A stretch of 64,000 bases of DNA from the human T2T-CHM13v2.0 reference genome, Homo sapiens. A program made the position numbers and the translations under genes. Below, one piece after another: positions 1-30,410 of this stretch. Under the pieces are notes generated by a model. It searched no databases. It was not told the origin of the DNA and saw nothing but the letters and a program-made list of their open reading frames with translations. The stretch is taken from the NCBI RefSeq assembly GCF_009914755.1, contig NC_060947.1; one strand, 5' to 3'. How positions within the stretch are numbered: the stretch's first letter is position 1; every line of letters begins with the position of its first letter.

Positions 1-128
1 TTTTGTGTTTTTACTAGAGATGGGCTTTCGCCATCTTGGCCGGGGTGCTCTTGAACTCCTGACCTCGTGATTCACCTGCCTTGGCCTCCCAAAGTGCTGG
101 GATTACAGGCATGAGCCTCCGCGCCCGG
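1..128 (-). mobile_element. Alu (left-arm part, truncated by the window start; paralog of 9343-9652)
   Basis: ...cttggcctcccaaagtgctgggattacaggcatgagcc...gcgcccgg. Confidence 0.9.
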
Positions 129-274
129 TGGAGACATAATTCTTACATATTGGTTTTCTATCCAGCGGCCTTGTGAAATATGCTTGTGAATTCTAAAGTT
201 TACTTCTAGGTCGTTTTCAGTCTTCAATATACAGAAACATATCATCCTGGAATAAGAGCAGTTTTGTTTCCGCC

Positions 275-425
275 ATTTTTTTTTCTTTTTCCTTTTGTAT
301 TTTTTTGTAGAGACGGGGTTTTGCCATGTTTCCCGGGCTGTTGTTGAACTTTTGAGTGCAAGTGATGCACCCACGTCACCTCCCACAGTGCTGGGATTAC
401 TGGCGTGGGCCACCGTGGCGGGCCC
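275..425 (-). mobile_element. Diverged Alu left-monomer fragment (present in every unit)
   Basis: T-rich tract, then tttgtagagacggggttttgccatg...cctcccacagtgctgggattac. Confidence 0.75.
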
Positions 426-429
426 GTCG

Positions 430-740
430 TTGCCATTGTAAAGAGTTTTATTTCCTTTTCTGATTTTATGGCATTGCGCAGACCCACCCGTTACAATGGT
501 GACAGTGGACATCCTTGTCTTATCCCTGATGAGAAACCGAAAAATTTCAACATTTCACCATCCTATTCACTCTCCTTTTTTTGTAGACGGACTTTATCAG
601 AGTGAGTCATTCCATTCTGTTCCAAATTTGCTGAGAGTATTCATTTGAATATATGTTGATTTTCATCAAACAGTGCATCTATTTCGATTACCACAGCGTT
701 TTTTCCCATTCATGGGTTAATATAGTGAATTCGATTGATA
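430..740 (-). mobile_element. Old L1M ORF2 fragment (present in every unit)
   Basis: ggtgacagtggacatccttgtcttatccctgat... resembles antisense L1 ORF2; heavily degraded. Confidence 0.5.
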
Positions 741-773
741 AATTTGTACGTTTTTAGGTTCGATTATTAAAAC

Positions 774-1068
774 TTGAGACAGCGTCTCACTCTGTCACCG
801 AGGCTGGAGTGCGGTGGTGTTATCAGAGCTCGCTGCAGCCTTGACCTCCTGGGCTCAAGCGCGCCTCCCACCTCAGCCTCCTGAGGAGCTGTGAGTATAG
901 GTACATGCCACCATGCCCAGCTAATTTTTCGATGGTTTTTTTGTTTGTTTTTTGTAGTGATGAGATTTTCTGATGTTGCTTAGGCTGGTCTCGAAGTCCT
1001 GAGCTCAGGTGATCTGGCCAGCTCAGCCTCCCAAAATACTAGGATTACAGGCGTGAGCCTTGGCCTGG
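774..1068 (-). mobile_element. AluJ-like element (present in every unit)
   Basis: tgagacagcgtctcactctgtcacc...gcagccttgacctcctgggctcaagc...ggattacaggcgtgagcc. Confidence 0.85.
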
Positions 1069-1839
1069 TCTGGTTTTTCTTATATAGGGGTCTTATCTAT
1101 ATAAAGACTAAAGTTAATCTGTGCCTTTGTGCGGGTGGGCTAAGAGCATGATGACTTTTATCATTCTATTGATTTAAAGAAAACTGTCCTTGACTTACCA
1201 GTGTGTAAGTCCATGAAAGCATAATTCTGTTGAAAGCATATATTGTTAATGGGTGTTGGGAACCGTGCACTTTCCGCTGCTGTGGGAGCATGTCCTTGGA
1301 GGTACCTTTCATCTGTTTTCTCAACTCCAAACATCTTAGGACCATGGGTTGTGACTGGTAGGACTATGTATCTTGCTGCTTTCAAGACGGAGTATATTTT
1401 CACGTGGTGTCACTCTGGCTGTCCTGTTTCCCTAATACTGTCACTTCACCCTCTGCGATTCTGATGCTACAAATGATAGATATCGTTTTAGCATTTTCTT
1501 ACGGGTCCTAGCGATTCTATTCATTTTTCTTTCAGTCTCTTTCTCTGACTTGTTCACATTGAACAATTTCCTTTTGGGATAGGTTGCTATTTCTGTTTTC
1601 GCAGGTGGTTTACCTGTCTTCCCAGCCAGTCACAGTGGTCCTTGTCCCCATGGTGGGTCCGGGGCAAGAGAGGGCCCTGGGTTGGGGGTGGGGTTCAGTT
1701 GAAGATGGGGTGAGTTTTGAGGGGAGCACTACTTGAGTCCCAGAGGCATAGGAAACAGCAGAGGGAGGTGGGATTCCCTTATCCTCAATGAGGATGGGCA
1801 TGGAGGGTTTGGGGCGTGGCGCTGGGAACGGCAGCCCTC

Positions 1840-2800
1840 CCCAGCCCACAGCCGCGCATGCTCCCTGGGCTCCCGCCTCAGTGCGCATGTTCACTGGGCG
1901 TCTTCTGCCCGGCCCCTTCGCCCACGTGAAGAACGCCAGGGAGCTGTGAGGCAGTGCTGTGTGGTTCCTGCCGTCCGGACTCTTTTTCCTCTACTGAGAT
2001 TCATCTGGTAGGTGTGCAGGCCAGTCATCCCGGGGGCTGAAGTGTGAGTGAGGGTGGAGAGGGCCTTGGGTGGGTCAGGCGGGTCCCGCTTCCTGGTCTG
2101 TGGCCTCCGAGGGAGAAGGGCCACGAGGTCGTCCTCCTTCCCTTCACAGGCTGCGAGGCCACCGGCGGCTTCGTGGTCGTGAAGGGGCCTGGACGGGGAG
2201 GAAGGTGGGCCGTGGAGGGGAGGCGGTCAGGGGCTCAGGTGAAGATGGGGTGAGTGCTGTTGGGGGGATGGAAGTCCCGAGGTGCCGGGAACCCCCGACG
2301 ACACAGGGCAGATTCCCTGAATGGGGCCTCCGGCGGGGGCGAGGCGGGCGGTGAAGAAGGGGCCTGGCACCTGGGAAGGCTGCGGCCTGGCGAGCGCCCC
2401 CCCCAGCGGTGTGGAGTGCGGAGCGCCCGAGTGAGAAGCACTGCAAGGTCTCACCTCCGCCATGGAAGGTCCGAAAACAGTGGGAAGGAGTGGGCGAGGC
2501 AGTGCGGTCCAACCAAACTTGTTGTGAGGGGGGGTGAATGGCTCTAGGAAGTGGGAGTGTGCCCAAAGCAGCAATCACGAGAATTGTGATTCACTAGGGT
2601 TTTCGTGGGGAGTGCACTTGTGAAACTAAACCTCATCAGAAATGACCTCTGTCTGCGGGGCGCAGTGGCGCTCGCCTACGTAGTCCCAGTTACTCGGGAC
2701 ACTGAGGTGGGAGGATCCCTTGAGCGGGAGGTCGAGGCTGCAGTGAGCTGTGATCACGCCGCTGCACTCCAGCCTGAGCAACACAGCGAGACCGCGTGTC
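1840..2800 (+). promoter_or_regulatory. CpG-island promoter and non-coding exon 1 of copy 1 (exon 1 ends at 2007, donor GTAGGT)
   Basis: GC- and CpG-rich segment. ...ctactgagattcatctg|gtaggt joins exon 2 (tgtgaaatATG), matching the known GAGE 5' UTR. The TSS is approximate. Confidence 0.8.
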
Positions 2801-2822
2801 CAAAAGAAATTTAGAAAAAAAT
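2655..2822 (+). mobile_element. Monomeric Alu-family element (FLAM/FRAM-like) in intron 1, CpG-rich (every unit)
   Basis: gcggggcgcagtggcgctcgcctacgtagtcccag...gaggctgcagtgagctgtgatcacgccgctgcactccagcctg followed by an A-rich tail. Confidence 0.8.
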
Positions 2823-3056
2823 GTCCTCTGCCTTTTGCCACATGCCTTAAGATGATTGCTCTGCCAGCCTGGCCAGCAGAAGTGGCTTTGTAGGCACTCA
2901 GACAGCGTACACACGTATGCTTAACTCTGGGACTTATCTTGAGAGTATTTTCAAAAGTAAAACGGCAAGTTTACATTTATCCATGGAAGTGATCGAATAT
3001 AGCAGCCCTGTGGAGCGCACGTTCCCAATCACGGCTGTCTGTTTTCAGTGTGAAAT

Positions 3057-9135
<6,079 letters not shown>

Positions 9136-9200
9136 AAGAAGGCACGTTGAAATGATGCAGGCTGCTCCTATGTTGGAAATTTGTTCATTAAAATTCTCCC

Positions 9201-9206
9201 AATAAA
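9201..9206 (+). terminator. Polyadenylation signal AATAAA of copy 1 (paralogs at 18722, 28248, 37773, 47299, 56824); ATTAAA lies 14 nt upstream
   Basis: AATAAA ~65 nt after the stop codon, followed by T/GT-rich sequence. Confidence 0.8.
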
Positions 9207-9342
9207 GCTTTACAGCCTTCTGCAAAGAAGTCTTGCGCATCTTTTGTGAAGTTTATTTCTAGCTTTTTGATGCTGTGAAATATGTATCATTCTTTGAAAT
9301 CGTGTATTGTAACTCTCTGAGCTGGTATGTAGAGACATCGTT

Positions 9343-9652
9343 CTTTTTTTTTTTCTTTCTTTCTTTGTCCTCTTTTGAGACGGAGTCTTGCTCTGTCGCC
9401 CAGGCTGGAGTGCAGTGGCGCGATCTCTGCTCACTGCAACCCCGCCTCCCGGATTCAAGCAATTGTCTGCCTCAGCCTCCCGAGTAGCTGGGATTATAGG
9501 CACCCACCAGCACGCCTGGCTAAGTTTTGTGTTTTTACTAGAGATGGGCTTTCGCCATCTTGGCCGGGGTGCTCTTGAACTCCTGACCTCGTGATTCACC
9601 TGCCTTGGCCTCCCAAAGTGCTGGGATTACAGGCATGAGCCTCCGCGCCCGG
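9343..9652 (-). mobile_element. Full-length AluS-like element downstream of the poly(A) site (units 1-6)
   Basis: Poly-T, gagacggagtcttgctctgtcgcccaggctggagtgcagtggcgcgatctc...gggattacaggcatgagcc. Confidence 0.92.
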
Positions 9653-11362
9653 TGGAGACATAATTCTTACATATTGGTTTTCTATCCAGCGGCCTTGTGA
9701 AATATGCTTGTGAATTCTAAAGTTTACTTCTAGGTCGTTTTCAGTCTTCAATATACAGAAACATATCATCCTGGAATAAGAGCAGTTTTGTTTCCGCCAT
9801 TTTTTTTTCTTTTCCCTTTTGTATTTTTTTGTAGAGACGGGGTTTTGCCATGTTTCCCGGGCTGTTGTTGAACTTTTGAGTGCAAGTGATGCACCCACGT
9901 CACCTCCCACAGTGCTGGGATTACTGGCGTGGGCCACCGTGGCGGGCCCGTCGTTGCCATTGTAAAGAGTTTTATTTCCTTTTCTGATTTTATGGCATTG
10001 CGCAGACCCACCCGTTACAATGGTGACAGTGGACATCCTTGTCTTATCCCTGATGAGAAACCGAAAAATTTCAACATTTCACCATCCTATTCACTCTCCT
10101 TTTTTTGTAGACGGACTTTATCAGAGTGAGTCATTCCATTCTGTTCCAAATTTGCTGAGAGTATTCATTTGAATATATGTTGATTTTCATCAAACAGTGC
10201 ATCTATTTCGATTACCACAGCGTTTTTTCCCATTCATGTGTTAATATAGTGAATTCGATTGATAAATTTGTACGTTTTTAGGTTCGATTATTAAAACTTG
10301 AGACAACGTCTCACTCTGTCACCGAGGCTGGAGTGCGGTGGTGTTATCAGAGCTCGCTGCAGCCTTGACCTCCTGGGCTCAAGCGCGCCTCCCACCTCAG
10401 CCTCCTGAGGAGCTGTGAGTATAGGTACATGCCACCATGCCCAGCTAATTTTTCGATGGTTTTTTGTTTGTTTTTTGTAGTGATGAGATTTTCTGATGTT
10501 GCTTAGGCTGGTCTCGAAGTCCTGAGCTCAGGTGATCTGGCCAGCTCAGCCTCCCAAAATACTAGGATTACAGGCGTGAGCCTTGGCCTGGTCTGGTTTT
10601 TCTTATATAGGGGTCTTATCTATATGAAGACTAAAGTTAATCTGTGCCTTTGTGCGGGTGGGCTAAGAGCATGATGACTTTTATCATTCTATTGATTTAA
10701 AGAAAACTGTCCTTGACTTACCAGTGTGTAAGTCCATGAAAGCATAATTCTGTTGAAAGCATATATTGTTAATGGGTGTTGGGAACCGTGCACTTTCCGC
10801 TGCTGTGGGAGCATGTCCTTGGAGGTACCTTTCATCTGTTTTCTCAACTCCAAACATCTTAGGACCATGGGTTGTGACTGGTAGGACTATGTATCTTGCT
10901 GCTTTCAAGACGGAGTATATTTTCACGTGGTGTCACTCTGGCTGTCCTGTTTCCCTAATACTGTCACTTCACCCTCTGCGATTCTGATGCTACAAATGAT
11001 AGATATCGTTTTAGCATTTTCTTACGGGTCCTAGCGATTCTATTCATTTTTCTTTCAGTCTCTTTCTCTGACTTGTTCACATTGAACAATTTCCTTTTGG
11101 GATAGGTTGCTATTTCTGTTTTCGCAGGTGGTTTACCTGTCTTCCCAGCCAGTCACAGTGGTCCTTGTCCCCATGGTGGGTCCGGGGCAAGAGAGGGCCC
11201 TGGGTTGGGGGTGGGGTTCAGTTGAAGATGGGGTGAGTTTTGAGGGGAGCACTACTTGAGTCCCAGAGGCATAGGAAACAGCAGAGGGAGGTGGGATTCC
11301 CTTATCCTCAATGAGGATGGGCATGGAGGGTTTGGGGCGTGGCGCTGGGAACGGCAGCCCTC

Positions 11363-12322
11363 CCCAGCCCACAGCCGCGCATGCTCCCTGGGCTCCCGCC
11401 TCAGTGCGCATGTTCACTGGGCGCCTTCTGCCCGGCCCCTTCGCCCACGTGAAGAACGCCAGGGAGCTGTGAGGCAGTGCTGTGTGGTTCCTGCCGTCCG
11501 GACTCTTTTTCCTCTACTGAGATTCATCTGGTAGGTGTGCAGGCCAGTCATCCCGGGGGCTGAAGTGTGAGTGAGGGTGGAGAGGGCCTCGGGTGGGTCA
11601 GGCGGGTCCCGCTTCCTGGTCTGTGGCCTCCGAGGGAGAAGGGCCACGAGGTCGTCCTCCTTCCCTTCACAGGCTGCGAGGCCACCGGCGGCTTCGTGGT
11701 CGTGAAGGGGCCTGGACGGGGAGGAAGGTGGGCCGTGGAGGGGAGGCGGTCAGGGGCTCAGGTGAAGACGGGGTGAGTGCTGTTGGGGGGATGGAAGTCC
11801 CGAGGTGCCGGGATCCCCGACGACACAGGGCAGATTCCCTGAATGGGGCCCCCGGCGGGGGCGAGGCGGGCGGTGAAGAAGGGGCCTGGCACCTGGGAAG
11901 GCTGCGGCCTGGCGAGCGCCCCCCCCAGCGGTGTGGAGTGCGGAGCGCCCGAGTGAGAAGCACTGCAAGGTCTCACCTCCGCCATGGAAGGTCCGAAAAC
12001 AGTGGGAAGGAGTGGGCGAGGCAGTGCGGTCCAACCAAACTTGTTGTGAGGGGGGGTGAATGGCTCTAGGAAGTGGGAGTGTGCCCAAAGCAGCAATCAC
12101 GAGAATTGTGATTCACTAGGGTTTTCGTGGGGAGTGCACTTGTGAAACTAAACCTCATCAGAAATGACCTCTGTCTGCGGGGCGCAGTGGCGCTCGCCTA
12201 CGTAGTCCCAGTTACTCGGGACACTGAGGTGGGAGGATCCCTTGAGCGGGAGGTCGAGGCTGCAGTGAGCTGTGATCACGCCGCTGCACTCCAGCCTGAG
12301 CAACACAGCGAGACCGCGTGTC
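11363..12322 (+). promoter_or_regulatory. CpG-island promoter and exon 1, copy 2
   Basis: Paralog of 1840-2800. Confidence 0.78.
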
Positions 12323-12578
12323 CAAAAGAAATTTAGAAAAAAATGTCCTCTGCCTTTTGCCACACGCCTTAAGATGATTGCTCTGCCAGCCTGGCCAGCA
12401 GAAGTGGCTTTGTAGGCACTCAGACAGCGTACACACGTATGCTTAACTCTGGGACTTATCTTGAGAGTATTTTCAAAAGTAAAACGGCAAGTTTACATTT
12501 ATCCATGGAAGTGATCGAATATAGCAGCCCTGTGGAGCGCACGTTCCCAATCACGGTTGTCTGTTTTCAGTGTGAAAT

Positions 12579-18656
<6,078 letters not shown>

Positions 18657-20884
18657 AAGAAGGCACGTTGAAATGATGCAGGCTGCTCCTATGTTGGAAA
18701 TTTGTTCATTAAAATTCTCCCAATAAAGCTTTACAGCCTTCTGCAAAGAAGTCTTGCGCATCTTTTGTGAAGTTTATTTCTAGCTTTTTGATGCTGTGAA
18801 ATATGTATCATTCTTTGAAATCGTGTATTGTAACTCTCTGAGCTGGTATGTAGAGACATCGTTCTTTTTTTTTTTCTTTCTTTCTTTGTCCTCTTTTGAG
18901 ACGGAGTCTTGCTCTGTCGCCCAGGCTGGAGTGCAGTGGCGCGATCTCTGCTCACTGCAACCCCGCCTCCCGGATTCAAGCAATTGTCTGCCTCAGCCTC
19001 CCGAGTAGCTGGGATTATAGGCACCCACCAGCACGCCTGGCTAAGTTTTGTGTTTTTACTAGAGATGGGCTTTCGCCATCTTGGCCGGGGTGCTCTTGAA
19101 CTCCTGACCTCGTGATTCACCTGCCTTGGCCTCCCAAAGTGCTGGGATTACAGGCATGAGCCTCCGCGCCCGGTGGAGACATAATTCTTACATATTGGTT
19201 TTCTATCCAGCGGCCTTGTGAAATATGCTTGTGAATTCTAAAGTTTACTTCTAGGTCGTTTTCAGTCTTCAATATACAGAAACATATCATCCTGGAATAA
19301 GAGCAGTTTTGTTTCCGCCATTTTTTTTTCTTTTTCCTTTTGTATTTTTTTGTAGAGACGGGGTTTTGCCATGTTTCCCGGGCTGTTGTTGAACTTTTGA
19401 GTGCAAGTGATGCACCCACGTCACCTCCCACAGTGCTGGGATTACTGGCGTGGGCCACCGTGGCGGGCCCGTCGTTGCCATTGTAAAGAGTTTTATTTCC
19501 TTTTCTGATTTTATGGCATTGCGCAGACCCACCCGTTACAATGGTGACAGTGGACATCCTTGTCTTATCCCTGATGAGAAACCGAAAAATTTCAACATTT
19601 CGCCATCCTATTCACTCTCCTTTTTATGTAGACGGACTTTATCAGAGTGAGTCATTGCATTCTGTTCCAAATTTGCTGAGAGTATTCATTTGAATATATG
19701 TTGATTTTCATCAAACAGTGCATCTATTTCGATTACCACAGCGTTTTTTCCCATTCATGGGTTAATATAGTGAATTCGATTGATAAATTTGTACGTTTTT
19801 AGGTTCGATTATTAAAACTTGAGACAGCGTCTCACTCTGTCACCGAGGCTGGAGTGCGGTGGTGTTATCAGAGCTCGCTGCAGCCTTGACCTCCTGGGCT
19901 CAAGCGCTCCTCCCACCTCAGCCTCCTGAGTAGCTGTGAGTATAGGTACATGCCACCATGCCCAGCTAATTTTTCGATGGTTTTTTTGTTTGTTTTTTGT
20001 AGTGATGAGATTTTCTGATGTTGCTTAGGCTGGTCTCGAAGTCCTGAGCTCAGGTGATCTGGCCAGCTCAGCCTCCCAAAATACTAGGATTACAGGCGTG
20101 AGCCTTGGCCTGGTCTGGTTTTTCTTATATAGGGGTCTTATCTATATAAAGACTAAAGTTAATCTGTGCCTTTGTGCGGGTGGGCTAAGAGCATGATGAC
20201 TTTTATCATTCTATTGATTTAAAGAAAACTGTCCTTGACTTACCAGTGTGTAAGTCCATGAAAGCATAATTCTGTTGAAAGCATATATTGTTAATGGGTG
20301 TTGGGAACCGTGCACTTTCCGCTGCTGTGGGAGCATGTCCTTGGAGGTACCTTTCATCTGTTTTCTCAACTCCAAACATCTTAGGACCATGGGTTGTGAC
20401 TGGTAGGACTATGTATCTTGCTGCTTTCAAGACGGAGTATATTTTCACGTGGTGTCACTCTGGCTGTCCTGTTTCCCTAATACTGTCACTTCACCCTCTG
20501 CGATTCTGATGCTACAAATGATAGATATCGTTTTAGCATTTTCTTACGGGTCCTAGCGATTCTATTCATTTTTCTTTCAGTCTCTTTCTCTGACTTGTTC
20601 ACATTGAACAATTTCCTTTTGGGATAGGTTGCTATTTCTGTTTTCGCAGGTGGTTTACCTGTCTTCCCAGCCAGTCACAGTGGTCCTTGTCCCCATGGTG
20701 GGTCCGGGGCAAGAGAGGGCCCTGGGTTGGGGGTGGGGTTCAGTTGAAGATGGGGTGAGTTTTGAGGGGAGCACTACTTGAGTCCCAGAGGCATAGGAAA
20801 CAGCAGAGGGAGGTGGGATTCCCTTATCCTCAATGAGGATGGGCATGGAGGGTTTGGGGCGTGGCGCTGGGAACGGCAGCCCTC

Positions 20885-21844
20885 CCCAGCCCACAGCCGC
20901 GCATGCTCCCTGGGCTCCCGCCTCAGTGCGCATGTTCACTGGGCGTCTTCTGCCCGGCCCCTTCGCCCACGTGAAGAACGCCAGGGAGCTGTGAGGCAGT
21001 GCTGTGTGGTTCCTGCCGTCCGGACTCTTTTTCCTCTACTGAGATTCATCTGGTAGGTGTGCAGGCCAGTCATCCCGGGGGCTGAAGTGTGAGTGAGGGT
21101 GGAGAGGGCCTCGGGTGGGTCAGGCGGGTCCCGCTTCCTGGTCTGTGGCCTCCGAGGGAGAAGGGCCACGAGGTCGTCCTCCTTCCCTTCACAGGCTGCG
21201 AGGCCACCGGCGGCTTCGTGGTCGTGAAGGGGCCTGGACGGGGAGGAAGGTGGGCCGTGGAGGGGAGGCGGTCAGGGGCTCAGGTGAAGACGGGGTGAGT
21301 GCTGTTGGGGGGATGGAAGTCCCGAGGTGCCGGGATCCCCGACGACACAGGGCAGATTCCCTGAATGGGGCCCCCGGCGGGGGCGAGGCGGGCGGTGAAG
21401 AAGGGGCCTGGCACCTGGGAAGGCTGCGGCCTGGCGAGCGCCCCCCCCAGCGGTGTGGAGTGCGGAGCGCCCGAGTGAGAAGCACTGCAAGGTCTCACCT
21501 CCGCCATGGAAGGTCCGAAAACAGTGGGAAGGAGTGGGCGAGGCAGTGCGGTCCAACCAAACTTGTTGTGAGGGGGGGTGAATGGCTCTAGGAAGTGGGA
21601 GTGTGCCCAAAGCAGCAATCACGAGAATTGTGATTCACTAGGGTTTTCGTGGGGAGTGCACTTGTGAAACTAAACCTCATCAGAAATGACCTCTGTCTGC
21701 GGGGCGCAGTGGCGCTCGCCTACGTAGTCCCAGTTACTGGGGACACTGAGGTGGGAGGATCCCTTGAGCGGGAGGTCGAGGCTGCAGTGAGCTGTGATCA
21801 CGCCGCTGCACTCCAGCCTGAGCAACACAGCGAGACCGCGTGTC
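20885..21844 (+). promoter_or_regulatory. CpG-island promoter and exon 1, copy 3
   Basis: Paralog of 1840-2800. Confidence 0.78.
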
Positions 21845-22100
21845 CAAAAGAAATTTAGAAAAAAATGTCCTCTGCCTTTTGCCACACGCCTTAAGATGAT
21901 TGCTCTGCCAGCCTGGCCAGCAGAAGTGGCTTTGTAGGCACTCAGACAGCGTACACACGTATGCTTAACTCTGGGACTTATTTTGAGAGTATTTTCAAAA
22001 GTAAAACGGCAAGTTAACATTTATCCATGGAAGTGATCGAATATAGCAGCCCTGTGGAGCGCACGTTCCCAATCACGGTTGTCTGTTTTCAGTGTGAAAT

Positions 22101-28182
<6,082 letters not shown>

Positions 28183-30410
28183 AAGAAGGCACGTTGAAAT
28201 GATGCAGGCTGCTCCTATGTTGGAAATTTGTTCATTAAAATTCTCCCAATAAAGCTTTACAGCCTTCTGCAAAGAAGTCTTGCGCATCTTTTGTGAAGTT
28301 TATTTCTAGCTTTTTGATGCTGTGAAATATGTATCATTCTTTGAAATCGTGTATTGTAACTCTCTGAGCTGGTATGTAGAGACATCGTTCTTTTTTTTTT
28401 TCTTTCTTTCTTTGTCCTCTTTTGAGACGGAGTCTTGCTCTGTCGCCCAGGCTGGAGTGCAGTGGCGCGATCTCTGCTCACTGCAACCCCGCCTCCCGGA
28501 TTCAAGCAATTGTCTGCCTCAGCCTCCCGAGTAGCTGGGATTATAGGCACCCACCAGCACGCCTGGCTAAGTTTTGTGTTTTTACTAGAGATGGGCTTTC
28601 GCCATCTTGGCCGGGGTGCTCTTGAACTCCTGACCTCGTGATTCACCTGCCTTGGCCTCCCAAAGTGCTGGGATTACAGGCATGAGCCTCCGCGCCCGGT
28701 GGAGACATAATTCTTACATATTGGTTTTCTATCCAGCGGCCTTGTGAAATATGCTTGTGAATTCTAAAGTTTACTTCTAGGTCGTTTTCAGTCTTCAATA
28801 TACAGAAACATATCATCCTGGAATAAGAGCAGTTTTGTTTCCGCCATTTTTTTTTCTTTTTCCTTTTGTATTTTTTTGTAGAGACGGGGTTTTGCCATGT
28901 TTCCCGGGCTGTTGTTGAACTTTTGAGTGCAAGTGATGCACCCACGTCACCTCCCACAGTGCTGGGATTACTGGCGTGGGCCACCGTGGCGGGCCCGTCG
29001 TTGCCATTGTAAAGAGTTTTATTTCCTTTTCTGATTTTATGGCATTGCGCAGACCCACCCGTTACAATGGTGACAGTGGACATCCTTGTCTTATCCCTGA
29101 TGAGAAACCGAAAAATTTCAACATTTCGCCATCCTATTCACTCTCCTTTTTTTGTAGACGGACTTTATCAGAGTGAGTCATTGCATTCTGTTCCAAATTT
29201 GCTGAGAGTATTCATTTGAATATATGTTGATTTTCATCAAACAGTGCATCTATTTCGATTACCACAGCGTTTTTTCCCATTCATGGGTTAATATAGTGAA
29301 TTCGATTGATAAATTTGTACGTTTTTAGGTTCGATTATTAAAACTTGAGACAGCGTCTCACTCTGTCACCGAGGCTGGAGTGCGGTGGTGTTATCAGAGC
29401 TCGCTGCAGCCTTGACCTCCTGGGCTCAAGCGCGCCTCCCACCTCAGCCTCCTGAGGAGCTGTGAGTATAGGTACATGCCACCATGCCCAGCTAATTTTT
29501 CGATGGTTTTTTTGTTTGTTTTTTGTAGTGATGAGATTTTCTGATGTTGCTTAGGCTGGTCTCGAAGTCCTGAGCTCAGGTGATCTGGCCAGCTCAGCCT
29601 CCCAAAATACTAGGATTACAGGCGTGAGCCTTGGCCTGGTCTGGTTTTTCTTATATAGGGGTCTTATCTATATAAAGACTAAAGTTAATCTGTGCCTTTG
29701 TGCGGGTGGGCTAAGAGCATGATGACTTTTATCATTCTATTGATTTAAAGAAAACTGTCCTTGACTTACCAGTGTGTAAGTCCATGAAAGCATAATTCTG
29801 TTGAAAGCATATATTGTTAATGGGTGTTGGGAACCGTGCACTTTCCGCTGCTGTGGGAGCATGTCCTTGGAGGTACCTTTCATCTGTTTTCTCAACTCCA
29901 AACATCTTAGGACCATGGGTTGTGACTGGTAGGACTATGTATCTTGCTGCTTTCAAGACGGAGTATATTTTCACGTGGTGTCACTCTGGCTGTCCTGTTT
30001 CCCTAATACTGTCACTTCACCCTCTGCGATTCTGATGCTACAAATGATAGATATCGTTTTAGCATTTTCTTACGGGTCCTAGCGATTCTATTCATTTTTC
30101 TTTCAGTCTCTTTCTCTGACTTGTTCACATTGAACAATTTCCTTTTGGGATAGGTTGCTATTTCTGTTTTCGCAGGTGGTTTACCTGTCTTCCCAGCCAG
30201 TCACAGTGGTCCTTGTCCCCATGGTGGGTCCGGGGCAAGAGAGGGCCCTGGGTTGGGGGTGGGGTTCAGTTGAAGATGGGGTGAGTTTTGAGGGGAGCAC
30301 TACTTGAGTCCCAGAGGCATAGGAAACAGCAGAGGGAGGTGGGATTCCCTTATCCTCAATGAGGATGGGCATGGAGGGTTTGGGGCGTGGCGCTGGGAAC
30401 GGCAGCCCTC

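Noticed and set aside
72-512. 146-aa minus-strand ORF repeated in every unit
   Set aside because: Built from Alu fragments, a poly(A) tract (Lys run) and L1M remnants. Its recurrence reflects recent duplication, not coding constraint.
11593-12069. Overlapping 100-158-aa ORFs on both strands in intron 1
   Set aside because: Stop-poor GC-rich CpG island. The frame is shifted in copy 1 and has a stop in copy 6 (~49917).
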